Source of the DNA: Eukaryota sp. TZLM1-RC
Lineage: Eukaryota > Protista > Metamonada: BaSk clade
Length of the DNA: 64,000 nt
Direction of reading: 5' to 3'
Assembly (NCBI GenBank): GCA_040285825.1
Contig: JAUPSS010000010.1
Span: 1,317,038-1,381,037 of the forward strand
Positions 37,891 to 50,499 of the stretch are shown here, in pieces. A program made the translations under genes and the position numbers. Under the pieces are notes generated by a model, which had not been told where the DNA came from, did no database searches, and saw nothing but the letters and a program-made list of their open reading frames with translations. The stretch's first letter is position 1. Every line of letters begins with the position of its first letter.

Positions 37891-40637
37891 TAAATCTTTC
37901 TTGGGAACTCTGCTTCTAGCACAACGAGGGTCTTTGCATTCGAATACAGTGTGGCCAACAGGATTGTTACCTTTGACGTTACTGCAGAATGTACAGAATT
38001 TTGACCCTTCTCGTTCATGCTTTTCAGGGATGTATTTGTGTTGAGGGGTTCCTCTTGACTTTCCACCTGATCGTCTTGCTCGTTTTGTTGGAGCCTGGGC
38101 TGATGGTGTTACTCCTCTTGAGTAAGTTCTCATTGCCGTGAGTCCCAAAGGAATATCTTCTTCGTTAGCCCTATTCCTTAGTACATCCATTGTAGGCTTA
38201 TTTCCTGCTGTGAAACAACAAGCGAGGAAATGTCTTCTCGTTGTCGATATCAAATCGAGTAGAGTTGTTCTGTTCGGTGAGTCCCACAAGGATTCCCTAG
38301 TCCATACTGGGAGGAGTTCGCTTGATATAGCGAAGTTATCCAAACCCATAAGGAAGTACTCGGCTATTAGAGCGGGAGATATGGTTATCAGCCCACTGCT
38401 TCCTCTAATTAAATCGGGGATGGTTAGGTCGGTCATGTAGGTGGTCATTCTCAAGACGTCTCCAAAATCTTCTACATAACGACCAGACTCGTTGTCAGCC
38501 TCATGCCTATTGTGGATTTTTCTCCGGTTTATTCTAGGCTTCATTAGGGCTGTACAAGCCTCATGATATGATGTGAATTGCGTTCTTTTTAACAGAAATA
38601 CCATGACGTCGGTGTCGGTATAGTCAACACCGAGTAAACCTTGACTCTGCCATCTAGATAGAACGCTAGGGTCAATCATGTTGGATATTCCTGTAGGGCA
38701 AGTGCTCATCATCATGCTCCTAAATAAATCATAATGGTGGATTGGGGGTCCGAGCTTATCTGTTATAGCTGGGTCAATCCTTACCAAAGGCTGTGTTGTA
38801 TCCCTGGTGATCTCGTGGCGTATATGTTTGGGGAGATCTTTAATCCTATCTTGGGTTATTTCTGCTTGGCCTTCTCCAAATAGCTGGGTAGCTATCATAA
38901 AGGCTCTGGTCCAATCTGATTGACCTGGGGCTTCAAAGCTTCTATTAGCTATCTTTCGCCCGTATTTATCCCAAGTTTGATATTTTAAAAGAAAAGCTAT
39001 GATAGACATATTGTTGATATGGTCGTCAGCGGATAACCGAAATCTGTTATAGTCGGTATCCTTAGACCGTGGATCAATCTGTCTATGAAGGCTACTAGCT
39101 ATGCTCATGTCAATAGCTCTTCTTGAGGATTGTAGGTCCTCAATACGCATAGATCTGTCGGAAGAAGAGTTTCTTACTGAGGGTTGAGGAGGAGCCGCTT
39201 CTCCAACGACTGGCCCGTTCAACTCTATGTCTTCTCCGATTTCACATTCCATAGGTTGGGAGGAAGTTGGTTCTTCCTGAGGAGCAACGTCTTGTCTAGT
39301 TACAGGTTCCGGGACGTTCACTGTTGGAACGTGTTCGGGTATGCTGTCAATAGAGCAGACCTGTATTGGTTGGCTTTTTTCAGAAATTATAGGGGCTGCA
39401 ACAGGCAGTTTGGGAAGGTGGAGAGATGTGGATGGATCTCCCGTTACCCATTGTCTAAACTCTCGTTGTTTCGTGAACGAGTTACCATGATGTTGGATGT
39501 AGTTGTTAGGACGGCTCCTATACGTGGATACAGCTGATCGTTCCGTATGAATGTTATTTAAAGCGTCTGCATCGAACCAGGGTGTTACTGGTTCAAGCTT
39601 GTCTTGTTCACTACTATCCTCCTTCTCCATAAATTCCCTAAAATATGTGGGAGCACCCTCTGTCAGCTCCGTGTAATTATGGCTTACCGTATCAAAGTTA
39701 GGATCAAACCAGGCAGGCAATTTGGATTGTAGGATGTCTTCCGAGTCGGTCCTACTTCTCTGCTCGATGGAGAGAAACCTTATTCTCCTGCCGTGTTGAT
39801 CTAGGAAGGAGACTTTCCAATCCAATCTGTCTTTGATGGGAAGGGACATCATTTCGTTGATTCTCTTGTGCATACCCGAGACTCTGCGGCGGCGCTCTGC
39901 GTTACGCCCGAATGTCTCTCTACTCAGTTTATCAAGCGCCTTTATGAGTTCATTCCTTTCATTGAGGGGAATTTCCAATACCTTTTGGGTATCCCCAATC
40001 ATTCCGAGGGTCTGGAAACCAACGTTTCTGCCTCTTTTTTGGATGTAACTCCATAAAGGAGGAAGCTGCTCGAACAGACAGAAATCTGTTGGTTCGAGGT
40101 AAGCCTCCGCATCCTCTCTTAATAACTTGTAGACGTGTATAACAAGAGTCGTCTTTCATCCAGTTGAGATTGAATTTCTTCATATTCTCCTAATAGGGAA
40201 GACGTGTCTAAGGTGGGATTTCCATCCGTTCTCTTTGAAACAGGTTCTAGAATTGGGAGGGGAGAGGGAGCCGGGTCCGTTCTCGTTGCCTCCGAGGACA
40301 ATTCTGTATACTTGAGGAGAGAGGGAGCCGGGTCCGTTCTCGTTGCCTCTTCCATTGCTTTGAGGGGAGAGGGAGCCGGGTCCGTTCTCGTAACCTCATC
40401 TGTTTCTTTTTTTCTGAGGGGAGAGGGAGCCGGGTCCGTTCTCGTTACCTCTTCCATTGCTGAAGATGGAGGGACCTCGTCCACTCTTTTATCTTCTTCT
40501 ACTTTTAGGGAGGGGGAGGTGGGATTCGGGTCCGTTGCCTCGTTACCCTCTATATTATGTATATGTGTCACTGGTACCTGCTGCATGTTGGATGGGGGAT
40601 TAGGGTCAGAGATATCTTGCTGAAAGATGTCTGACAT
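37885..40637 (-). CDS. gag: Large Gag-like protein (~915 aa; one 1-nt frameshift near 40155)
   Basis: First ORF after the 5' LTR; C-terminal CTFC-x10-H-x4-C; the -1 frame EAYLEPTDFCLFEQL matches the A' copy (EPFLESMDLYPFEQL) and links the two ORFs. Confidence 0.75.
40258..40450 (-). repeat. Coding minisatellite in gag, 4 x (A/V)TRTDPAPS
   Basis: GAGAGGGAGCCGGGTCCGTTCTCGT repeated four times on the plus strand. Confidence 0.9.
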
Positions 40638-41256
40638 GCTGTAAAAGTTTTTGGTTTCTGGGGATGTTCACTAGTAAAGTGCTGAAGTTATGGTATACCT
40701 TTTGACTTTAAAATGGCCAATAATTATTGTTGCCTAAAGTCTACTGTAGTAAAGAAAAGTCTGATTTATTTTCTATTCATATTATATAAGCCTTAGGGCG
40801 CCAACACTATGAATCAACAGTGGGATACCAAAAATTGATACTACACTCCATAGGAGGTGATTGGTTGCCTCCAATGCATTCAATTCCTTTGCAGGGCAAA
40901 TGATCGTATACCTAGTGAACGAATCTACAAAAACCATTAAATATTTGAATCCATTATCATTCTGTTGTAATGGTCCAATAGTGTTTGCGTTTAATCGTGC
41001 AAAAGGACGATCAGCCCAAAGAGAACCAGATGATTCAATGACTTTTTTAGGCACATGTGCCGTCTTTCGACATGCTGGGAATCTCTAAATATGATTGATC
41101 TTGTCTTTGCGCATGTTTGGCCAAAAATAATCACTATCGAGTAATTTCTTTACACTAGTCGTCACACTGGGTTGGCCAACATTTGCATGTCTATGAATGA
41201 TAGTCAAAATCTGCTTCTTTAAACTGTCTGGGTTAACAATCTTCCCACGTATGTTG

Positions 41257-41286
41257 GTATACAATTGTATACAATTGTATACAATT
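41257..41286. repeat. 10-bp tandem triplication GTATACAATT
   Basis: Read directly, inside decayed B pol. Confidence 0.9.
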
Positions 41287-43693
41287 TGTAATCTTTATAA
41301 TTATCAGTGTTTGAATCAACATCTATAAGTTGTTCTTGCCTAATCTTTGAGATCCAAGTATCAAATAAATCAAATTTAGTATCCTCAACTGCTTCTTTTT
41401 ATGCAGATAAGCTATTGATCATGGGTAGCTCAATTGTGGACTGTTGAGTCATATTATCTTTTAACAAATTAACCGTAGTCAATAAATTTAAATAGGGCAA
41501 TTGTTCTTCAACTTTGTGAGGGGCTAAATTTCTCACTTGTTGGACTCGAGGGGTTTTGGTTTTGGTATCGACCAATCTAGACAACATGTCTGTTCAATAA
41601 TTCTCCTCGCCTGCAGTGTGGACTACATCAAAATTGAATTCTGACAATATTGGTAGCCACCTCTTCACAATTCTGTTCTTTTCAGGAGCTGATATATGGT
41701 ATGCTGGGTTTCTGTGATCAGTGAAAATTGTTAATTTCCTCGAAATTCAATAATTTTCTAAACTACTGTCAGTGAGAATTAGTTAAATTGCATACAACTC
41801 TTTCTGAAGATCAGACCAATTTTTTTGTGAAGTTGATAATAATCTGCTAAAGAAGGCAATAGGTACAACCTTTCTCTTAGTTAATGGTGTCGTAGGATCT
41901 TTAGGTGGGTTAGCTTCTTGCCATATTACTCTACCTACAGCCACATCGGACGCGTTAGCACTTATTAAAATTTGCTTATCTTCTGAGGGCAATTCAAGAG
42001 GGATATTTGCCTTCATTAGATTTATAATCTTATCAAAAGCCTCGTCATGATGAGAAGTCCACTTGATCTTTGACGGTTTGTTTCTGGTTAATTTGTTGAT
42101 TGGTTCTATCAAATCTGACAAATTCGCCAGCCAGTCACGTATATAATTGATCGAATTTATAAAACTCCTAACTTCAGGTAATGTCCTAAGTTTGGGTAGA
42201 TTGATCAGTCCTTCAATCATGGATTCATCAATATAACCGGTTCTTTTTCAAAAATACTGCCTAGAATTTTTATCTTATCTTTGCAAGTGGTAAAGCTACA
42301 CTTGGGTTGGCCCACGTTAACTCTAAAACGTTTGGCGAGTTCTAGGACTGTAACTACTCTTGATAGAAACTCATCCAAGCTACTATTATAATATCATCGA
42401 TATAAATAACAATACACCTCTGGAATCAAAAATTTCCATGTTTTGGAAGACCGGAGAAACGTTTTTCAAACCAACACAAGCCCTTTTGAAGCTGACCGAC
42501 ATCCCGGGAATTGATAAGGAAGTTTTATCAATACCCTCTTTTGTAATTTTGAGCTGCCAAAATGCCTTAGGTAAATCTAGAGTTGCTATATAATTAGCTT
42601 CACTTAAAAACTCTAAAATGTCGCTAATCCTGGCCATATTTGCCTCTACAGGTTTAGTCAAATCATTTACTCCACCTATACCACTCAAATCGCCAGTTAA
42701 TCGTAGTTTCCTGTGATCAGGGTAAATTAAAAGACAAATAGGACTACTCAATTGAGACTTTGCGGGCACAGCAAATCCATTACAAATATATTCGTCAAAA
42801 ATTTCCTCAGCTACCCGTTGTTTTTCTGGGTTTTATCTTCGAGGTTTCCTTTTGACGACCTTACTTTTGTCATAAAATGAAATGGTCATCAGCTGACAAT
42901 CAATTCCATCCACGTGAGGTTGCCCTCTAAATACATCTGTATTTTTCGAGTAGCACGACTAGGCGTTCCTCATCCCTTATGTCATCCAGGCATATTCTAC
43001 AGACCAACTCAACTAAATCATGTCTGAATGTGGAATGCCCAACATCATTACCTCAGTCTGATATATTACTCAATTGTTCTATGAATCTAATTGGTTGACA
43101 AATTCTATTATCAAACTCATATTCAGCGTTCAAGATGATGCAATGTTCGCGATCCAAATCAATAATGAAACCGTACTCCATGCATAGCGCCAAGGTTTGC
43201 AATAAGTCTCTTCCGATCAACAGATTGTTGGTACCAGGAATGATCTGGAATTCGATTCTTATAAACACTTGATTGGCCAAGCTACTCACATTTTGAGCAA
43301 AAACACCTCTTGCACATCCCAGGGTCGTGGAGCGAATACCATTTACCGATAGGTTTTCGACGGTCACATTGTCATGAACCGTCATATTACATTTAGAGGC
43401 TAAATCCATTGGTAATGCTGAAAATGCAGCTCCATTATCAATTTCGCCCTGTACTTCCGCGTTGTTTATTGAGCAGTTCAACCAAAATTTTTCGTTAGAA
43501 CTTGTTTGGTCTCATGTCACCCTAGATAGTCTAACACTGTGGATAGAACCCACAGGATTATGCGACTTTCTAAATATTCTTAATGGGTTTAGGTGTCTAT
43601 AATTCGAATTTATTTTGCTCATTTTATAAATGGTATTGGTTGAATTGTGTGTAAGGTTATTAAAAGATGTGTATTCATCTAATTAATTACTAC

Positions 43694-43835
43694 TGATGCC
43701 GTTAGGCAGAAATACCAAAGAAGTAAAGAGAGAAAAGAACATTTATCAATAAAGAAACCCGTTCTTCAACGAGTGCCACGTCATCAAGTGAAATCCTGAG
43801 ATAACTACTAACCTTATTTATCAGTAACTATAACA
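43694..43835 (-). mobile_element. Solo LTR (142 bp) related to the gag-only element LTR
   Basis: Shares the 17-bp end TGATGCCGTTAGGCAGA and CACGTCATCA; TG..CA; TSD CTAC at 43690-43693/43836-43839. Confidence 0.85.
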
Positions 43836-46536
43836 CTACTAGACAATTTACGCTTGTCACCACCTTTTCGTTTTTTGTTGCCGGGTCTACCTACTGCGGA
43901 AAAGCAATTGTCTTCAGCGTGTCTATTTGTATTACAGATGCCACACCATTGCCCAGGAAGAATTTCCTTGGGTTGATGTTTAAGTTTTCCACTACCCTTA
44001 GAACGTTTAGGATGTATTCATGAGAAACTTCTTGACTAGTTAGCTCCTCTGAACGAAGATTTGTTGCCAAATATATTTTCACATTTGATAATTCCAGGTT
44101 CTCGAATTCTTTCAATTTTTGCACGAAGGCTTGTCCAAAAGCATATATAGCGTCGTCCAATTTGCTAAGGTCACTACTACCTTGAGGGAATTCATCAATT
44201 CAATTTCCATAGGTATTTACCAATTGATCGTGAGTTTTCTTGTTGATTTCCTCTAGGATTCTTTCAGCAGAAAAAACATCAGAAGGCTGATTGTCGGTTC
44301 CCGGCATTGTGGTTGACTGTCTTATTATGTCAATGAATTGCTCTATAAAAGTGTTCCAAATCACTTCGGCAGTTCTTCGACTAATTTCAGAACACCTTGT
44401 CGCACTTAAAGCTTGATTCACCTCGGAAATGGTCTTATACTGGTTGTTTAATAACAAAAAATTTTCAAATCTCGTGGTTGGTTGCGTTTGTCCCTAAAGG
44501 CTTTACGCGATCTCATAAACGATTTTGTCATTGTATCGAAACGGTGGTTTTGATCATCTCGCTAAAACATGATCCTAACGAAATCATATTCATATTTAGG
44601 TTGCCCATATTGAGTGAAAGGTTGGAAAAGTCTAATAGGTCCATCACAGACTCTTTTAGTCTTTGCCCAATCAGCAAAATTGACTACAAAGTCGGAAAAT
44701 TTTTTGAAATCGAATCCATCATCCAGTTTCTTTTATTTTTTTTTCCCAAATTTTTTTGATTAGTTTCTCCTTATTGGTTACAGATCTATATTGAAAGCCT
44801 GTAAAAAAACAAGAATATCTTTCGGTGCTATTGAGCTGCCTGTAGCTACCAATTACAGTTAACGGGATTGGTGTATTTTGCCCATATGACGGAACAGATG
44901 ACAATCTCCTTCCTGGAAATGACACTACTGACGGAGTTACAAACATATTATTCGCTTCCTCTGAAGGTAGCATTTGGCTCAAGTACAGGATATGTTTATA
45001 TTTTAGTGATTCGTCCTGTTCCGGAAGTTTTTGGGTCTCAGGTTTAAAATCAGCCGAATCAGGGGCGCTCTTAGACTCTTGAAGAATCCCTTCCACATGA
45101 TGTTTAAAAGGTAGACATTTACCCTTGATCATCACAGTGTCGAGAACTCTTTGGTCGGGGTAACTATCTAACCATGCCTTAAGTTCGCAATCCATGCGTC
45201 AAGATACACCAATTTAATCTTGTTGGGTCCGACTCGTTGTTCTTTTAATTCAATGGTTTTGATTCCTTTTTTTACAAAGGTTTCCTTGTGATGAAATTGG
45301 ATAGTATCGCCTCTATTTGCAACGAATCGACCTCCCAACAGCAAGAGAACATCAATCATTCTGTTTTTTGGGTGCACATTGTCTACCAGGAAATGCCTTA
45401 CCGTTCCCCTGAGTAAACGACTTTTGTGATAATGAGGATACATTTTGGCAATCCAAAACAACCTGTCATCATACTCATCACTTCCACGGATACAATGTTT
45501 CCCCATGGGGAGTCGTTCGTCAGGAATGGCATCCATGTGTCAAAATGCAGGTATTGGGGTAGTTGCATGTCACTTTGTACGTGGTGCGTCAAAGTAACAA
45601 TTTTTAGGCTCTTCAGCTACAAAACTAACAGAGCTCTCCGAACATTGATCTTATCGTGCCAAAAGGTCGATTTCTTGATTTTATCGTTGGAGAACCAAGT
45701 CGTCCTGCGTATATCCACGTGAGCTGCCAAATAACAAATAACCATCGTTTCTTTAGCAACTCATACCTATCCTCTATACAAGAAGAATCCGTTATAAAAT
45801 TGGATTCATTCTTGATGGCAACCGCAAACTCATCATTGCTTCAATCTCTAATGACATCAGGTGGGCTAGCAATGATGGACTGGAAAAAGTCTCTAATTTA
45901 TGGGCGACTCTCTTCTTCAATTCTTGACGATATCACTTTTGAGAAGTGCAGTATTCTGTGTCTGTCCATTCAATTTCAGAAGGGTCAGTGGAAGGTTTAT
46001 CACCATCCCCATTTCCAGTCCCATCGTTTGGGTTAGATGTTCCCGTCTGAGGGGAGGTAGAATCCAGTAGAAGACAAATTTTTATGAGCTTCTTCGAACG
46101 GGGAGGGAGAAGGGTTTGTGTTAGAAGTGTCCTCTCCATTTCCTTCACTCATTTCAGAAGGAAGCTGTTGGTTTCCCATGCCAAGAAGTAACTTCATCCC
46201 ATTTGGGAAAATGTTATCTGGGTCATAGGTGTGGTTGCCTATGTTATTCTCCGTAGGAAGAGCATTCTTTACAAGTGAAGTGCTTCTCTCCTCAGATGGA
46301 GGATTACTCTTCCGCGAGGAAGGACTCTCCTTATGTGGAGGAATACTCTCCTTAATAGGAGGGATGTTACAGCTAACATCATGGCCGCTTAAGCCATTAG
46401 TTAATGATGCCTGTGACATAATGGTAACAGCAAAAAGGTAAGATAATCTATTAAATTTACTGACCCTTGCAAAGGCCATCACTGGTGAAGTGTCTATGAT
46501 AATAAATACACTGGACTAATTGTTTACAGTACAACA

Positions 46537-47159
46537 ATATTCCCGAAAAGAATCTTTTAAATTTAAAATACACTCTTCAAACATTACAGAAACGATTGAC
46601 TGGAATGTATGAAGATGATCTTTATAATAATATACGCCGCTCGGCTGTTTTAAATCAAGATCTTCACTCATTGTTTTTGGAAAAGGGTGTTTGTGAAAAT
46701 AAGTCATCAGATTCGTCACATTTTGTAACCATTGTACCACGAAGATTTGGATTGTGTGCCACTAATGAAGCATTTGTAACAAAAATTAGATTCTATTTGA
46801 ATATTCCCATTAATCAATTATTATTAAAGGAAAAATGTATTTGTTCGAATTCACCACAGCTCATTCAGCGCCATGCTCTAAATTGTTCAAAATTGATATC
46901 TTATCGTTCTTTATCACATGATGCTGTTGGAGACACTGTTTTAATATGGCACGAACTGCAAAAATCTTGTGTGTCAAAGAGCCTCTGCTGAAAGAATCAC
47001 TGTGATTAAATAATTTTAGTTCTGATGACAAAGGTGATATATACTGTGATTGGATTGAGAACTCTGGAAAATTGTTGTTGACTTTGTCTCCTGTGTTGTT
47101 GCAAATGACTTTTTGGTTTAAAGAAGAAAACTTAATTTTGTAGATGCTCTTGAATTTAA
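46537..47159 (+). pseudogene. Old N1 copy, middle piece
   Basis: TGMYEDDLYNN..EKCICSNS..HALNC, homologous to 49500-50120. Confidence 0.85.
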
Positions 47160-50100
47160 TTCTTTTTTCCTTCCTCTACATAAAACCGTTTAACTGAAAA
47201 CCTGGCTGAACAGTGACCATTGCTTCTATTCTTTCTTGTTGATGCCTGAATCAGTTTCTGATTCTAATGGAGTCAAAAGAAAGAACGATAGACAACAAGA
47301 TGCTCAAGACGTCCTTTCCACCTCTCCTCCTCAACCTCTTCTGTCTTCATGTTTGGACAAAAAAATTCCTGATCAAGAATTTTTTTTAGAAAATCACGAT
47401 GAAAACAAAGTTTGTTCAAAAACGAAGCCACGCTCCTACAGATGCTCAAAGTGTCGACAACAAGGACATAATGCGCGAACATGCCCCAATGTTGGAAAAA
47501 ATGATGTGACAAATTCTGAAACAAAATGTAAAAGAAAATATATTAGAAGAAAAGAGTCTAAGGTAGAACCAATAAATGATGATCCACAAGTTGTTGCAAA
47601 ACCAGTTAGCAATTGATTGAAGCACAAAACTTGCAACAATTGTGGTATTTCTTTTAGAAAAAATGCAAAAGGAAAAACTTCTGATCGATGCTTGAAATGC
47701 CGCATAGTTGATATCTACCATCCTCCCATAAGAATACTTCAAGAAATTCATCCGTCAAAATGCAATGAATTTGCTTTCGTTTTTCAAAGATTTATGGATC
47801 AATTATGTAAAGGAAAGTATGCTATCAATAATCTTTGGGAATTCTTTGGTTCTTTTTGTCCTCCTTTTGAACAAAATTTCGTAAATAATTCCGAAAATTT
47901 AACTAATATAGCACCGAGAAATCAGTCATCTGAAAAATTAAGTAAAATTTTTGAAGAGAAATGCTTTGACAACAAATGGTCCAAGGCTTTGTCAGCTTTA
48001 AGTCCCGGAGTTAAAGCACCCAACAATGAAAATACAATAGATAAACTAAAAGTACTTCATCCTTATGAAGACCCTATAATGGATCAAAATTTTTACGGCA
48101 CTTACTGGGAAAATTATCCATTGATGCCATCAGAAGTTTTTTCGGTGATAAAAAAGAGACCACGCGGTAAGTCTGCCGGACTTTCTGGTATTACTATTGA
48201 TCATGTAAAAGCCGCAATTATTTCTTCAGAGGATTGTCTTGGTTTATTAACCAAATTTTTCAACATGGACAACTCAAATATCCAGTTGAATTAAGAAGTT
48301 CTCGTTTGACTGCACTTGTCAAAAATTCAAAAATGGATGTTCGTCCTATTGCAGTCTCTGAGAGCTTACAAATTATTTTTTCTGCGTGTTGCTTAAACAG
48401 GTTCAATGAGAAAGCAAAAAAGATTTTATTACCCTTTCAATATGGAATTAATACCACGGATGGAGTCTCTTCAGCGATATTTGCTACTGATGTATTATTT
48501 CGCCAAAATGAATCCAATGTTTGTATGTCATTGGATTTTAGTAATGCTTTCAATTCACTAAGTCATCGCAGTATCCATAATGCTCTATTGCAATATATGC
48601 CGGAATTAATGCCATATTTTCAATCAACATATTGCACATATTCTAATTTACATTTTGATAATAGCAATTTAAGTTCATCAAGTGGTGTAAAGCAAGGAGA
48701 TCCGTTAGGACCTCTTTTGTTTTGTTTGGCCATTCATCCTATTTTATTGCAAATTCAAGAGATGTTTCCTTCACTAAAAATGATTGCATATATGGATGAT
48801 GTTGTGCTTATTGGTGATTTAAATATTGTGAAACCAGCAACTGTATGTTTTAAAGAATTATTTACCAAAATTGGTCTCCGACTTAATTTACTTAAATGTG
48901 TTTTGTTATCGAATTTTCCAGTTTCCACAATAGTTGATGGTATTGAAAGTCAAGCCAAATTATATTCAATTGATGCTATTCGTCATTTGGGTTCGTTTTT
49001 AGGAAATAATAGTGAAATTACCAAAAAATTGTTTGAAAAGTTGAAATCAATTTCTGACAAAATTGACCGAATGATGAATTTAGATATAAAAAACACATCA
49101 AATTTACCATTATAAGACTGTGTTTTAGTTCCAACTTCAATCATATATTTCGATCTACAAATCCTCTCATCACTAGACCTTTGGCTCAGAAGTTTAATGA
49201 ATTACGTGCAAAAGTTCTGTCTCAATTAATGGGATGTAAAATGTTCCAAATTCTAGATCATGCTTACCTTAGTCCACATTATGGCGGTTTAGGGTGGACG
49301 AAGGCTTCTATTCTTACCTCGTGTGCTTTTGTTGGTGGATGCAGAAATGCAATCTTTGAGTTTTCCGAAAGATTTGCAGATTGGGAAGATTTATTGATGA
49401 CAACACAAAGTTCCACTGTTTTTGCATTAAATGAAAGAATTTCAAAAATTGATGTAGAAAAACGGGGTCGATGTTTTCCCCAATCATTCAATGGCAATAT
49501 TCCAGAAAAAAATGTTTTAAATTTGAAGTACACTCTTCGAACATTACAGAAACGATTGACTGGAATGTATGAAAAAGATCTTTATAATAATATATGCAGC
49601 TCGGCTGTTTTAAATCAAGATCTTCACTCATTGTTATTGGAAAAGGGTGTTTGTGAAAACAAGTCATCAGATTCTTCACTTTTTGTAACCATTGTACCAC
49701 GAAGATTTGGATTGTGTGCCACTAATGAAGCACTTGTAACAAAAATGAGATTATATTTGAATATCCCCATTAATCAATTATTATCAAAAGAAAAATGTAT
49801 TTGTTCGAATTCACCTCAACTCACTTTGCGCCATGCTCTGAATTGCTCTAAATTGATAACTTATCGTTCTTCATTACAAGATGCTGTTAGAGACACTGTT
49901 TTCAATATGGCACAAACTGCAAGAATATCGTGTATCAAAGAGCCCCTGCTGAAGGAAACACTTTCTCTGAATAATTTTGGTTCTGATGATAGAGGTGATG
50001 TATACTGTGATTGGATTGATAATTCTGAAGCTATTGTTGACTTTGTCTCATGTACTGTTGCAAATGATACTTTGGTTCACAGAAGAAAACTTAATCCTGT

Positions 50101-50499
50101 GGCTGCTCTGGATTTTAAAGCAAAAGCGAAACATAGAAAATATGATAAAGATATTGCAGAGGCTAATGTCGATAGAAATACACAGCTGGTTTTTATTGCT
50201 TTCCCATTTTCGATAAATGGAAGATTATCAGTTGAAGCAGAAACTTTTTTGAATGACTTACAAAAAATGGTGCAAGAAAAAACAATGAAAAGATTTGATA
50301 TTTTTTTATGGCGTTCACGGATTCAATTTGCCATTATTAATATATTACCACGGTTTTTCAACCGAATAAGAGAAGCTTTAGCTAGACAGCAAGCAGATCA
50401 AGATTTTGTAGAGGAAATCTTGGTTCAATGATAGTCGTCGCATTAGTTATGAGTTATTTTAATTAAGTGTGCAAATTCAATAAATAATACAAGTAATTA
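47160..50499 (+). mobile_element. Near full-length RLE-type (CRE-like) non-LTR retrotransposon N1 copy 2, inserted in an older N1
   Basis: From ATG 47242: CCHC (CSKCRQQGHNARTC), CxxC pair, RT with YMDD, Zn finger, RGD..D..K..KY endonuclease, stop at 50431; in-frame TGA at 47614, frameshifts at ~48265 and 49088; possible TSD AATTTAA at 47153-47159/50500-50506. Confidence 0.9.

Larger units (their letters stand above)
33634..40806 (-). mobile_element. Near-intact full-length Gypsy element, family A (7173 bp)
   Basis: 79-bp LTRs at 40728-40806 and 33634-33712 (1 mismatch); TSD CTAT; order gag-PR-RT-RH-IN; inserted into the IHS|DNG codons of the B integrase. Confidence 0.97.
31192..46536 (-). 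mobile_element. Degenerate full-length Gypsy element, family B, carrying four nested insertions
   Basis: Diverged LTRs at 46405-46536 and 31192-31324; PPT 31325-31340; TSD ATAT at 31188-31191/46537-46540; gag-like fragments 43891-46370, protease (EIDNGA) 43053-43481, RT 42386-42769, RNase H 41783-42220, split integrase. Confidence 0.9.
40258..50499. other. Span containing further nested elements (gag repeat, solo LTR, N1 copy 2) listed individually
   Basis: Summary span only; see the individual features. Confidence 0.3.

Noticed and set aside
40258-40450. Conserved repeat with variable spacers resembling a CRISPR array
   Set aside because: In frame inside gag, spacers are related to each other, no cas genes, eukaryotic context
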